NCBI GenBank assembly: GCA_013239625.1
Contig: MU054212.1
Location: 3,481,041-3,545,040 of the forward strand
From: Lama guanicoe
Lineage: Eukaryota
Direction of reading: 5' to 3'
DNA length: 64,000 bases
This document shows, piece after piece, positions 11,585 through 23,439 of this stretch; position 1 is the stretch's first letter; every line of letters starts with the position of its first letter. The position numbers were made by a program, and so were the translations under genes. Below the pieces are notes generated by a model. It saw nothing but the letters and a program-made list of their open reading frames with translations, had not been told where the DNA came from and did not search any database.

Positions 11585-13930
11585 TCCTGCTTGCCTTACG
11601 TGCTTCAGACAGTTAATTTTCTCTAAACGTAACAACAAATGGAAAGAAAAAGGATTCTGTCAAAAGAATCAAAATCACCACAGGAAGCTAAACCAAAACA
11701 TAGAACTCTAAAATGCCCTCTCAACTGCTGGCAAGTTTTAGATCCCCGTGAAGTACCAGCTTCAACCCCATTGACACCGCTGGGACTTCTGTGCGCCCCG
11801 AGAGGAGGGACTCGCCCAGTTACGACAGCTGCACACGTAAACACTCTGAATCGTGTTGGAAATGTTCCTAGGAGCTGGATCAGCAGCGAAAGCCAGGCAA
11901 ACCCCTGTGGAGTGAGTGCATCCTGACTTTGCAGAAGGCCAACTGTCAGGAAAAAAGGAGGGCCCCATTAAAAACGTTCCAGATGACGTAGGGAGCTATC
12001 TGGGGACAATGTGCATATCAGAGGCTCGTTTAGATGCCGCCACTTCAGACTGTAAACCTCTGACATACAAAGAGAATCAAGCAGTTTGTTCCTCTGCTCT
12101 GAATATAATCCTGAACAGTGTCAAAGAACAAAATCTCCCTTCATGGACAGAGGACACAGCCCGGAGAGCAGCAAAAACAGTTTTCTTAAGACTTTTTACT
12201 TTGTACCAACAAAGTAAGACACAGCCGAACTTATCTTCATCGCAAACACTTTGAAGTCATTCCAGAAGTGATTTAAAAATCTATTTGTTACTGAAATCCT
12301 AACTATGATTCTTCACGCTCATGGTAGATCAAATTCCACCTAGTGTGGGGTTTTGATTTTAGTGAGGCTGACTTCTTTCCCAGCGATCTCCGGTGCAAAA
12401 TCTAACAGAATCCATCCCAAGGGGTGAAGAGTCAGAGCTGGCCTTGCGTCAGGGAAGTCACACATGGCACTGCCAACGTCCCGGGTCCCTCTTGCCAAAA
12501 CAGTGACCTACCTACCCTACTCTGGAGTGCTTAAAATGCCAAAATTATACCCCAATTTCTTTGGTTTATACCAAACAGATACTTTGCTCCTTAAAAGGTA
12601 CACATCTCTTAAAAAGGGAATTTGTATTTTATCAATAATTTGCAACCAACATGTTAATATGTATTATCCTTTCCTGAAAGTCTCTCTCCCTAGATCTGAC
12701 TCCGTAAATGCTGTGACAAGAGAAAGCACCAGAGCTGGAGATACTGCAGGTGGCCTAGCAGTGTGCTGGCAGGATAGTCTAATAGATATGTATATATATG
12801 TATATAACTTTTCGAATAATCAACCAGCTTTGATGAATAACAATACTGATGCATATAAAAAGTATTTCTGTCTGTCATGTAAGTGTCCCCATTTGCTAGA
12901 TGGGAAGCTGTCTTCTCCATGGACTTGAACACCTGTTTCTCCCATGACCCCAGCATCTGGGAGAACAGGGCTCTGTTACTAGAGGGTAGAAGTGGAACAG
13001 ATACAGAGCAGGGAACACAAGGGACATAGCTGCCCACGAGCCTGTTGGACGCGGGTGTGTTGCTGCGATCTGGAACCTCTCTAATCATGCTTCAGAAATG
13101 CACATAGTTTTAGTCCTGCCTTTGTGGCGGGGTTACTACATTGGACATTTGCATGTACTAGACACAAGATAACTAGCAAAGTGCATTCTTATTTCATGGT
13201 CTAGAAGAGCATTGAAACATCTTTTGAGATTTATGTTGACAGTAATTCACCCCAGAAAAAGCTGCTACCTTTAAAGGATCAAGAGCAGTCAACAACTGGT
13301 TACTAAACCAGCTGAGGACGGATTACTCACGATCGAGCAGAGAACAAGATTTCAACCTTACTTATTGAAAAATACGTGCTTTATGGTAGTAATTGAGCTT
13401 GAGTAGAAGACACCCTCCAAATTCATTTCAAACGATCTTTGGAAACACATTATTCACATGAACCAGCGTAAATGTCCATATTTTCATGCTGAATCTGCGA
13501 CAGTTTTAGACTCTCCTCAATTCGAGGAAAAACAGCTTCTTTACAGAGACTAGTGCAAAATTGCAGCCCAAGATATCCTCTGTTACTTGTTCTCCAGTCT
13601 AGTATGTTCTACCCTCTTGAGGTTATTAACAGATTACAGTTATATAAAAAGATTTCTGAGGCATCGAGGATTCTGAAAGAATAAGGACTCTGAAAGCTAC
13701 CTCTGCCTACTGGCACAGATACTTGAGAACCCTAGCTGTCAAGCTCAGCAGGGAGCCATAAAAGCAGGGAAAAAATGGCTGTTAAGTGCTCTTCTCTAAA
13801 CCCAGGGAGCTCCTGGACCAAGGGGACCCTAAACAATTATGTTTTAGACCCTGGATAGAAAGGCCTCTGTAGAGAAAGTGAGTAGGCACTGTATTAAGTA
13901 TGCATGTCATGATTGATGTGAAAGTGATCA
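11585..13930 (+). pseudogene. Decayed Gypsy pol: protease, RT, RNase H, integrase N-terminus
   Basis: PR: NCWQVLDP (11723) and PLTPLGLLC (11768). Linker: DFAEGQLS (11925) and DDVG (11982). RT: ICY*NPN (12283; IDYRxLN type), DLRCKI*QNP (12385; DLRSGYYQIP type), LVY (12561), LKVSL (12674). RH: HKITSKVHSYF (13163), FEIYVDSN (13223; FxVxTDNNP type), DFNLTY (13348), LSRR (13399). The order is correct; catalytic motifs are destroyed. Confidence 0.75.
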
Positions 13931-13959
13931 TGGAGAACTGAAAACACACACACACTCAC

Positions 13960-15610
13960 ACACAAGACAATAAGATGTCAACAACATAAACAATCCTGTA
14001 ACCATTAAGGAAATTCAATTTTAAATTAAAAAGCTTCTGCAAAAGGAATTTCTAGGCTCTCATGACTTCACTTGATAATTGTAACAAACATTGAAAGAAG
14101 AATTAACAGCAATTTTACGTTATCTTTTCCAGTGAGGGAAAAGGAAGACGTCCCAACACACTTTACTGTTATTCTGATCCTCAATCCAGACAAAGATAGG
14201 TGTTTTTTTTTTTTGAAAAGGAAAGAAAAGAAAAGAAAAAGGAAAAAAAAAAACCTACAGAGGAGTCTCTCTCATGAATTTAGGTGCAAAAATTCTCAGT
14301 TAAATATTAGCAAACCAAATCCAGTGATGTATAAAAATATTACAGCCAAAGACCTAGTGGGATTTATTCCAGGTATGCAAGCTAACCCAACATTCAAAAA
14401 TCAATTACTGTAATCTACCGTATCAACAAGCTAAAGAAAAAAAAATCATATAATCATATCAATTGATGCAGAAAATACTGCTGACAAAATTCAAAACCCA
14501 TTCATGATAAAAGCTCTCATACACTGGCTGACATTTCTAGCAGGAATGTACAGAGATATAGTCACTCTGGAAAAAAAAATTGGCAGTTTTTTTTTACAAA
14601 GCTAAACATGTGCTTAAAATGTTTACCAAAGTCTGGCAATTGTACTTTTGGGCATTCAGCCCAGAGAAACTGAAACTTTTATTCACACAAAAACATTCTT
14701 GAAAGTTCATAGCAGCTTTTTTTTTTTTTAATAATAGCCTTAAACTGGAAACAACCCAAATGTCCTTCAAGGGTGAGTAGTTAAACTGTAGTATATCCAC
14801 ACCTTGGAGGTACTATGTATTCGGTTCCAGACCACCTCAATAATGTGAGTCACGTGATTATTTTGGTTTTCTGGTGCATTGAAAGTTATGTTTACCCTAC
14901 ACTGTGGTCTATCAAGTATACAACAGCATTATGGCTAAAAAAAACTACATACCTTAACTAAAAATACAAAACAAAGCCCCCAATTACAATAGCAATATCA
15001 AAGATCACTGATCGCAGATCACCATAACAAATATAATAATAATGAAAAAGTTTGAAATAGTGTGAGAATTACGAACATGTGACTCAGAGACATGAAGTGA
15101 GGAGATCCCGTTGGAAAAACATGGTGCCAACGGACTTGCTCAAAAAAGGGTTGCTATAAACCTTCAATTTGTAAAAAACAAAATAAAGTGAAGCACGATA
15201 AAACAAGGTATCTTGTACTCAGCCATAAAAAGACACAAGCTATCAAAACACGCTATTTGGATGGATCTAAAGGAAATTAGAACGAGTTGGGTGTAAAAAG
15301 CCAATCTCAAATGGTTACATACTGTGTGATTCCATCATGCAGTATTCTTGAATTGACAAAAGGCAGAGACAAACCACAGGTTGGGAGTTGCCAAGGGTTT
15401 GTAAGTGGGTAGGGTGAGAGTGGACTGTGGCTCTTAAGGGTGGGATGAGGGGTCCTTCTGATGGATTTGTTCTGGACCTTGGCTGCGGTGGTGGGCACAT
15501 GAATCCAGACATGGGACAGAATTACACGGAACTACATACATACACATATAAGTGCATGAAAAGCTGGTGAAATTTGAATAAAGTCAGCAGATTGTAAGAT
15601 AGATAGACAG
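13960..15610 (+). mobile_element. L1 (L1M-type) ORF2 fragment plus 3' UTR, inserted in the Gypsy integrase
   Basis: gtgggatttattccaggtatgcaa (VGFIPGMQ) and tcaattgatgcagaaaa (SIDAE). 3' UTR motifs ggttacatactgtgtgattccat and ggtgaaatttgaataaagtc. Confidence 0.9.
14794..15216 (+). mobile_element. Tigger1-derived internally deleted DNA transposon nested in the L1
   Basis: Left end ttcggttccagaccacctcaataa. Right end aagatcactgatcgcagatcaccataaca...aaataaagtgaagcacgataaaacaaggtatcttg. Confidence 0.85.
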
Positions 15611-15619
15611 ATAGATACT

Positions 15620-15900
15620 GAGTTTCAGACAAGACTGTTTCAAGACATTACTTTTGTCAGTATAGCTGTTACGACATTGTCCACAGAGCAGCATCGATTG
15701 ACAGAGGGCACAAGAGACCCAGCCAGCTGACTCATTTACTGCAAAACCTGCATCTTCAATCATAACTGGCTTTGCTATTTGAGACTCTCAAGTCTATCCT
15801 GAAGGTGTTTCCATTTCTAGCAAATTGAAACTTAAAGTAGGAATACAAGTGGAAAGGTGGGTTAGTACTAAGAATAACCTTCAAACGAGGAACCACAAGC
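15620..15900 (+). pseudogene. Gypsy integrase catalytic-core remnant (resumes after the L1)
   Basis: RHYFCQYSCYDIVH...DRG...THLLQNL (YF at 15649; compare KYFSVYGFPARIHSDQG..ESHLL), followed in another frame by VYPEG (compare YHPQG). Confidence 0.55.
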
Positions 15901-15984
15901 ACAGCGGGTCCTCAGTCGTGACAACTCAGATATTTTTTTTCCTCCACCTTTTGCATTTCTTCTTTTCTCTGCTTCCTCTCCTTT

Positions 15985-16160
15985 CTTCAGTGCGTTCACT
16001 CATTCAACAAATGTTAGCATGCACCTCCTGTGTACCAGGCGTTGTTTAGATGCTAGGGATCCAGGCATATAACCGTGAAGTACGTGTGCTCACTGAGCTA
16101 ACAACACTCTAGTAGGGAAAGAGAGATGGTAAATAAACAATCAGAAAAAGAAATTCTTTC
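15985..16160 (-). mobile_element. L2 3' end fragment
   Basis: ttcactcattcaacaaatgttagcatgcacctcctgtgtaccaggcgttgtttagatgctaggga. Confidence 0.75.
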
Positions 16161-16325
16161 AAGCTCCTAGCCTAGACAGCACTCTTTAAGGTACTGAATT
16201 GCACAGATCTCCCCATTATACTAAATGATCTGTGTTCTCTTAGAAACTCACTTATTTGGGGGAAAATACCATTTCAAAATAAAGACACAACACCCAGTGT
16301 ATAACCTGAGATATACAGGGGGTCA

Positions 16326-16878
16326 TGTACAGGGAGACAATTCTCCACAGGTCTCTTGTTCGGGCAGGTCTTACAGGTAAGGCACCGACCCCTTATGTTC
16401 GAGGTTATATTTTCTGGTCTGTTTTTAACAGTGAACAAACTTGGGACAAACTGTCTCCCTCTGGAGGGGTGGGTAGGTTTGTTTTCTGTACAGGATAAGA
16501 GATACTGTCGTCCTTAAGACAAAGGTCAAGCAGATTAGCTTGCTGTCCATTATAAAAGATTCAGGTTCCTTAAGCTTGGAGTTTCTCTTCTGTCACACAG
16601 CCCACGGCATGAGTAAGCGTCCTCTGGCCCTCACCATGTCTCTCTGGGAGATCTGGGGCTCAGAGAATTGTTGTCAAAAAAAACATAGAGAGATGTCACT
16701 TTGGCTAGTACTACTGCTGTGAGTAATAAGCTGTTTATTGTCTCTGACCCGGGAGTCCTATGTCTTCTGTTAGTATCCAAAAAACTGTTAGAGGCGAACA
16801 CGCTAATTTGCAATTAACAAGTTTTGAGTTAACCTGTTTACCGGAGTAACAGTTTCAGACTCTTCGTTATTCTGTTAA
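16326..16878 (+). mobile_element. ERVL solo LTR, LTR40-like
   Basis: tgt...gagacaattctccacaggtctct, tgtccattataaaagattcaggttccttaagct, and tgtctctgacccgggagtcctatgtcttctg. Confidence 0.75.
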
Positions 16879-16919
16879 TAGTGATTCCAAAATTTCACCT
16901 ATATAAGCAGGACCTGAGT

Positions 16920-17415
16920 CACATTTTGCTTACTTATTCATTAGCAGATGCAGAATTGGGTCTTTTCCACTTTTGACTATTGAAAATACTGCTGCTATGA
17001 ACATTCATGTACAAGTATCTGTGGGGATGTTTGTCTTCACTCCCCTTCATTACATGCTTAGGATTTGAATTGCTGGGTCACGTGAGAGCTCTATTCTTAA
17101 CATTTTGAGAAACTGCAAAACTATTTCTAAACTGTTTCAGTTTCTCCATATCCTTGTCAGCACTTGTTTCTGCCTTTTTGACTACAAGCCATCCAAGTGG
17201 ATGTGAAGCGGTATCTCATTGTGATTTTTATTGGCACTTCCCTAAAGACTAATGCATTAGTAACGTTTATGTATGTTTTGTATATATTCTTTTGAGGAAT
17301 GTCTATCCAGATCTTTTGCCCATTTTTAATTGGGTTATTTATCTTTTTACTATTGAGTTATAAGAGTTCTTTTTATAGTCTGGAAACAAGTCTCTCACCA
17401 AGGATATGATTTGCC
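16920..17415 (-). mobile_element. L1 3'-region fragment
   Basis: ctgctatgaacattcatgtacaag, gaattgctgggtca, gtggatgtgaagcggtatctcattgtg, cttttgcccatttttaattgggtt. Confidence 0.9.
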
Positions 17416-17424
17416 GTTAGTTAG

Positions 17425-17545
17425 GATTTTAGTCCTTGGCAAACATAATCTGGATCTTTTATAAATGTGGAAATTGAGGACTAGAGAAATCAAGAGATTT
17501 GGGGGCAGAAACAGAGCTAGGTTAAGATTCCCCTACTACCCGATG
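17425..17545 (-). mobile_element. MIR/MIR3 fragment
   Basis: cttttataaatgtggaaattgaggactagagaaatcaagagatttg. Confidence 0.55.
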
Positions 17546-17649
17546 TGGAATGATGCTGCCATTTGAAAAAGCAAAAACAAAAGAAATGAAAACGTATATC
17601 TTCCAACATTCTTATTTCTTTATTTCAGCTCAACAGTAACCTAAATTCT

Positions 17650-18115
17650 CTCCTGGTCCATGAAGTGACAGAAGTGTGTAACTCCACTGACTCCTACATT
17701 AAGAATCACAAAAGAGCTCCTTTGTGAACTTCATTTAACCTTCCTGACCAAGGAGGTTTTTCTTCCTGCTTAAACAGTATCTAACAGGGCATTTTCCAAG
17801 TTTTTATTTTTTAATTTTTAAATTCTATGCAGCAAGAGATCCATTCTGATACATATAAACCCCTGAAAAGGAAAACATGTAAAATGAAACGTGACTAATG
17901 AAGACTGTATTCAGTGTGTAGGACGACACAGTGTTAAAAACCACAGAAATGGTGTTAGCTTTATTTCTAGGTGTTAAGAAATACTGTGTCATTAAAGCAT
18001 GTGTGACAGTCTAGTTTGAAAAATATAACAAATTAAAGTAGGACTTCTCAAGAGGGATTTCTTTCTGAAAAGGTCAGCTATAAAAAAGGGAGAGAAAAAG
18101 ATTTCTTACTCCCAA
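17650..18115 (+). pseudogene. Possible Gypsy integrase C-terminal remnant
   Basis: Weak but collinear motifs: DSYIKNHK, FYAAR (17823; RYDAR type), VGRHSVKNH (17918; GKHKIADR type), I*QIK, GQL, DFLLP (18100; NLLLP type). Confidence 0.4.
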
Positions 18116-18859
18116 GATCACCAAAATAACATCATTTACTTGTCTCGACGCCCATGTGCGAAGTTTTATGGTGTTCACCACTAAATGTAACAAATGTAGT
18201 CAGCAGACAATACGCTTAGAAAAGAATCAGCAACAGTGATAACGTTAGGTAATGATAACACAGAAAATTGATTTTTTTTTTGCCCTTCTCCAAATACATC
18301 TTTTACTTTGTTTTTAGGTCAGTCACTTCAGAATAGAAGGTAAAATGGTTTTTTTAAAAAGTGTACTTTATTGAGTATGTGTAACAGAGGTATTTAAAAT
18401 ACATTTTTTTCCAGAAGATGAATGGTCTACTATTCTTATGAAATTTGCAGGAACGTCTTTGACGACTGTTTCTCATTCCATATACCTAACTGCCCTCCTC
18501 TATATCTACTTTTAAGAATAGAATATAATGAAATCTATTTTTTTAATTTAAAAATGTCCTTTATTTTTGCAAACTACTCTTGTAAATTACTTGGGCATCA
18601 GTTGAGAAAATAGCTTGGAACACATTCTTATTTTAACATAAGGGAGATAGACTTTCAGATTGAAAATTTGATAATGAATTTGTAGAAAGGGTCTGGGAGT
18701 TTCTCTGGGTACAGAACGGACCTTGTCCTCCATTTCAGATGCCTTTTCTAACAGGGAAAGACGTCTTCGTGCTTTCACATTTAGGCTCAGTCACGTTTGA
18801 CTTTTAGGTTCCACTTTACAGGGCCCTAAAATCCGAGAGCAGTTCCCATCCAAAGGATG

Positions 18860-19460
18860 CAGTATTCTAGTCTCTTCTTATATACTTCCTACTCTTTCCT
18901 GGCCTCATCCCTGGCTCTCTGGTTCTAGCTGGAGCCTAAGGATGAAAAATTATTACTGTTCTAAACAATGCCAATGGCCATTTCTGCATTTCAGCTCATG
19001 AAGGTGGCCTTTTGGAGGGGGAAGGAAATGTACTTTCAGGGCCACTTGGCTCATAGATTTTTGAGTGGAGGGAGCGATTGAAATAATTAAGAAGAATGTA
19101 CCCAGAAATAATGCGGAAGTCTTCTCCACGGTAGGGAGGGGAGTTGAACTTCTGCAGAGATTTCTTAAGGTTTGTGTAAAGGATGCAGAGTTTTCTCTGG
19201 TGGATCCAAGGACTAGGAAGAGACAGCAAAACAGAAAGACTGTGTTCCTTAGGAATGAGAAGGGCTCTGCAAAATGCCAGCAGGCTAGGATCCTGAGAGA
19301 GAGACACGCAGCAAGACATCTTTCCATCTTTGACAGAATGTGATCAGGAGACCTTTAGGAGCAAAGGTGGGGGCAGCTGAGTTCTTACTTTTGCCTCTTT
19401 GTTAATTTCCTTACAATAGCCTCAAGCCTTAACTGAAGCTTTTTAAACACAAAAGCCTAA
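18860..19460 (+). mobile_element. Putative 3' LTR of the Gypsy fossil (MamGypLTR-like)
   Basis: Collinear blocks aatgccaa, aaggtggc, gctcatagatttttgag, ttttctctggtggatccaaggactaggaag and gcaggctaggatcctga resemble the recalled MamGypLTR consensus. It lies downstream of the integrase remnant on the same strand. Confidence 0.55.
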
Positions 19461-21339
19461 ATTCAATGGCGCTTAGGGGAATTAAAGGTGAGGATTTGCA
19501 GGACCAGAAAAAACAATGCAATACATAAAGCAGTCAGGAGATAGCAGGAGGAAATGGAGGCAAATGTCTGGGCGTCAGTCTTGAGGGAGAGGTGACAAGT
19601 GACACCCAGTTTGCACTAAGCATTCCCTTTTATAAAAATTCTTAGAAAGGGCACAGGATTTCTGTATTCTTGCAGAATGAGGACTTAAGAGTCATTTTTT
19701 TTTAGGGAATATAAAAGGAAAAAATAGCCCAGAAGGCAGAAAAATATGGGGAAACTAGACTGTGTTTGTAAATTCTGGATTTCCAGTGGAAAAGCTCAGG
19801 TCTTCGACATCACTTTAATGATGTCATGGAGGCATGCATCAGCCTCATTTCCAAATGCAGCAGAAAATAAAGAGGTGAAGTAAAAGTTGAAGATTCTTTC
19901 ATCTGAATTTCTGACCTCTATGTTTATAGAATTATCTTTCTTTTCCTCCTGGCCTGATCACTTTTCCCAAGGTACTAAAGAGTGACTCATCAGGAGATCA
20001 GAGAATTTCTCAAACAGGTGATTTCATGGCACAGAATTGTCTTTGGCTGAAGGAGCAGGGGCTCCTTTTACGTTGAACAGACCTCAGGGTCAGCAATTTT
20101 TGAATTAGGTTAGAAGATAATTTCTTGCTGACTAAACAAATCACCGCACAATATAAGTCAGACACTTTCTCTGGGCTTAAAGCAGCTCTGACTGCTCTAA
20201 GTACAAAAACAGAATGTCGACCTTTCAACACTGACCAAGACAATAGATGAACAGCTCTGCTATGACATTTGCAATCTGCAGAACAAGGAGCTGGCGTGGC
20301 TCCACTGAATGATCATTTGCTACATGCCAGGAATCTCAAAAAAAAAATGAAAGGATTTGCATTCAGTTGTTTCTGTGGCTATCAAAGTAAACTGGTCAGA
20401 TGAATTATTGATAGCCTTTGGAGCAGTGAAGCACCACTGGAATGAGAAATGATAAGCACAGAGAAGCTGTCATATTCCTCATTTCCCAAACACTCTTCAC
20501 AAATCCCTCCTACCTTGCCTTACTTACATCGCTTTCTGTCTCAAAGGATTTCTTCCCCCACAACCATCAAACCCATTTTGTTTAAAACCCATTAATTCTA
20601 CCTTGTGTGACAGCGATCCCGTGGAGTCTTCTGCAAGTAATCAAACCCACAATAATTCTCTTCCTTTTCAGCACTAACCTATAAAAACTCCTGTTATTTG
20701 CATCATTAATTACATTACCTAAAATCTATGAAGTTCCCATACAGCGTCTGAAACGTACTAGTCACCTACCCTCTCTCCCTACCTTCCCCCCGAAAAGACC
20801 ATCGGATTCAAGTCAAAAGTTCCCATGAAATTGCTAGTTCTCTCCCCAGCTCACTTCCCTGCTGGCTCTTAGGACAGGCTGCACATGTGCGACTTCCGGC
20901 TGATTAAGAATTATACCTCATATGTGCTTTTCACTCTTATTCCTACCACAGTGTCAGGCACATACTAGGCAGGGTACTTTAATTATCCATCTATTAGACC
21001 TTCCAATTCCACTGTGCTCCTGGATTGCAGAATGAATGCTGCCAGAGATCAGTGTTATAAAAAGATTCTTTTCTTAATGTGATGCCGCCCGTGGTTGAGA
21101 TGAAACAAGTACTGAGTGATGTGAAAACTGGCACTCACCTGTGGACTGCGTCACGGAGTGCAGAGCTCTGTGTCAAATGAAAACCATGTTTCAGATGTGT
21201 ATTCAAATTTCATGTATATCTCCTGCAGGTTCATCTCTAGGTTCTCACTGTTGGACCTTTGTGTATAAATTCATAAATCCTCATAAAAAGTACACTTGAC
21301 ACTTGAAGAACTCAGGAGGTTACTCTGAGTCTAATTTAT

Positions 21340-21487
21340 AGTTGACTCTCTCCACATCTGGGGTTCCTCTGCAGCTGTGGGTTCAACCAAGGGTGGATCG
21401 TGTAGTACTGCAGTATTTACTACTGAAAAATATCCATGTGTAAGCGGCCCTGTGCAGTTCACACCCACATTGTTCAAGGGTCAACTG
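21340..21487 (+). mobile_element. MER8 (Tigger2-family MITE), partial
   Basis: ggatcgtgtagtactgcagtatttactactgaaaaa...ttgttcaagggtcaactg. Confidence 0.85.
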
Positions 21488-23439
21488 TGTATTTAAAACT
21501 CCAGGATCATGACAATGATAGACTTGCTCGGTCCTGAGAAGGACTCTTCAGAAGCTCTTCTTAGGGATTCCAGGAGTCCCAATGGTGCCCTCTTTTATTC
21601 CCAGTGAAGTCCTAGGATTCACTGGAGTGAATGGGTGTCAGAAATTCTGTTATGACAGGTTTCTACCAGTAACATAAATGGTGAGTCCCTTAAACTATAT
21701 GGCGAGTGAAAAACACAGGGGAGGCAGGACTGTGTGTTTAATAGACGCCCCATCCTCCACCCTCTGTTTGAACTAAATATTTTAAAGAAATGTTTTAGAG
21801 CAGAGAATTCACAGACTTTAAGGCACTCCTGTACTTCTTTATGGACTAAGAACATTTTTGTTGCTGCTTTTAAGAAACTAATTTTAGTTATATGTACACA
21901 TCATAGGCTTAGCGAAGTAGAGCGAAAGAAAATGATGTACATGCATAGCTGATTTGCCAGAAAATCTAGATCATTCACATCAAAAAAAAAAAAGCCCATA
22001 AAATGTATCATTCTAACTCCTGAATTTTTAAGATGATGAAATCTGTGTAGACCACGGCTTCATAAAAAATAAAAAGGTGCAATTTATCAGCTGCAGAACA
22101 ATTATAAAACCCGATAGTCTTTAGGTATACATATCAGATGGAGAAGCTCTTTAATATAATTACGCTCTTTCAGCCTCATCGACACCCGTTGATTAAAAAC
22201 TTTCTTCCCCATAAATGGTTCTTCTAAGTTTATACCCCTCTGTCCTCAGATGCTATTTGCCTCCACGGTTGTCTTTTCTTGGCAATGCCGTCCTTCCAAG
22301 TGTGCGTTTACCAAAGCTCAGCTGCAGAATTTTGGTGCCTCTGTATTTTGTGTAGGATTTTAAACCTACTCCCTGCTGTAGTCTTTAGAGGCACATTTGT
22401 TGATCCACAATTGAATAATGACACTGAGCAACTGCTTTTCTAGAGAATATAGCCCATAACAGAATTTCTTAAATTCATATTTTCAGTTATTTGCTACAGA
22501 GACATACAGATTCACTTTACTGCTTTCTTTAACCACCCCCGACCATGCCTTTGGCACTGAAAACCCACTTAGCAAAAGAGAAATTACACCTATACATTTA
22601 AACTCAGGATACTGGAGAGTTTCCAAGTATAAAATTTATTTTTTAAGTACACCTTTTAAAACAACTAAAATATTAGGAAACAGCTGTTGAAATGCAACGT
22701 GAAAGACGGGCAGGAAACTTTACCAGCATGATGGATGGGTCCCTTGCTTATTCCTCTGTGAATGGCTGGTGATCATAATCACTATTATAGCTTGGTGGCA
22801 ACAAAAAGGATTATTTCTTTTGTCTTGGAATTTCAGGATGAGTATATTTGTTCAGAGAATGAAGGGGACCAAATTAGACCGAGCTACTAGGGCATAATAA
22901 ATTCACAGCAATCACAAGCCAATGTTCTTTAATTCTTAAGACACTATCAACTTTAAATATTCTGATCCTCTCATAGTTAGCTGGCTTATCCTTTCGTCCT
23001 TATTGAATTAACTGCCTTTTCTTGTACATTGTCTCCTGAGGGGACCTCATTTTAAATCTTTTCAGTTTAATTCCATTAATTGGCATATTGTCTGGTCTCC
23101 CGTTCTCCTCCTGGGTCTTGAACTTATGTTCCCCTCAGTTCTTAACCTCCTTAGCTGTATTTCGCAGCTTTGAATGACAACGCACTTACTCTGTAGACAA
23201 AGCATGTGCATCCTTATCTTTCTCTTCCAGGCTAATGTTTAACAATGAATTCACAATCCTGGCAGTTTATCAGCCCTTTAAATAAACCCAAGTGCAGAGT
23301 TCCTTGACTGTAAAGCCATCATCCTGAAATCCAGGGATATTGGCCCACTAATTCGAGCATAATTTGAAAGCTAACAATTCTACATTATAGTAAATGGATC
23401 AAACGTAGATATCATTTGTCCTTTCAGGTCTTCCTGCCT

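Noticed and set aside
10259..12254. Endogenous non-retroviral virus (borna/filo-like) or processed cellular pseudogene
   Set aside because: I recognised no such motifs. The Gypsy gag-pol interpretation explains the region collinearly.
12464..12928. Longest ORF (154 aa) as a functional gene
   Set aside because: It overlaps the decayed RT region and contains LKVSL, but the YxDD motif is destroyed and the other RT motifs lie in different frames. It is a remnant, not a gene.
18953..19343. Overlapping ORFs on both strands
   Set aside because: No recognisable protein. They fall within the putative 3' LTR.
21130..21320. Minus-strand exon bounded by ctcacctg (CAG|GTGAG)
   Set aside because: No convincing matching acceptor or coding frame. 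An isolated donor is expected by chance.
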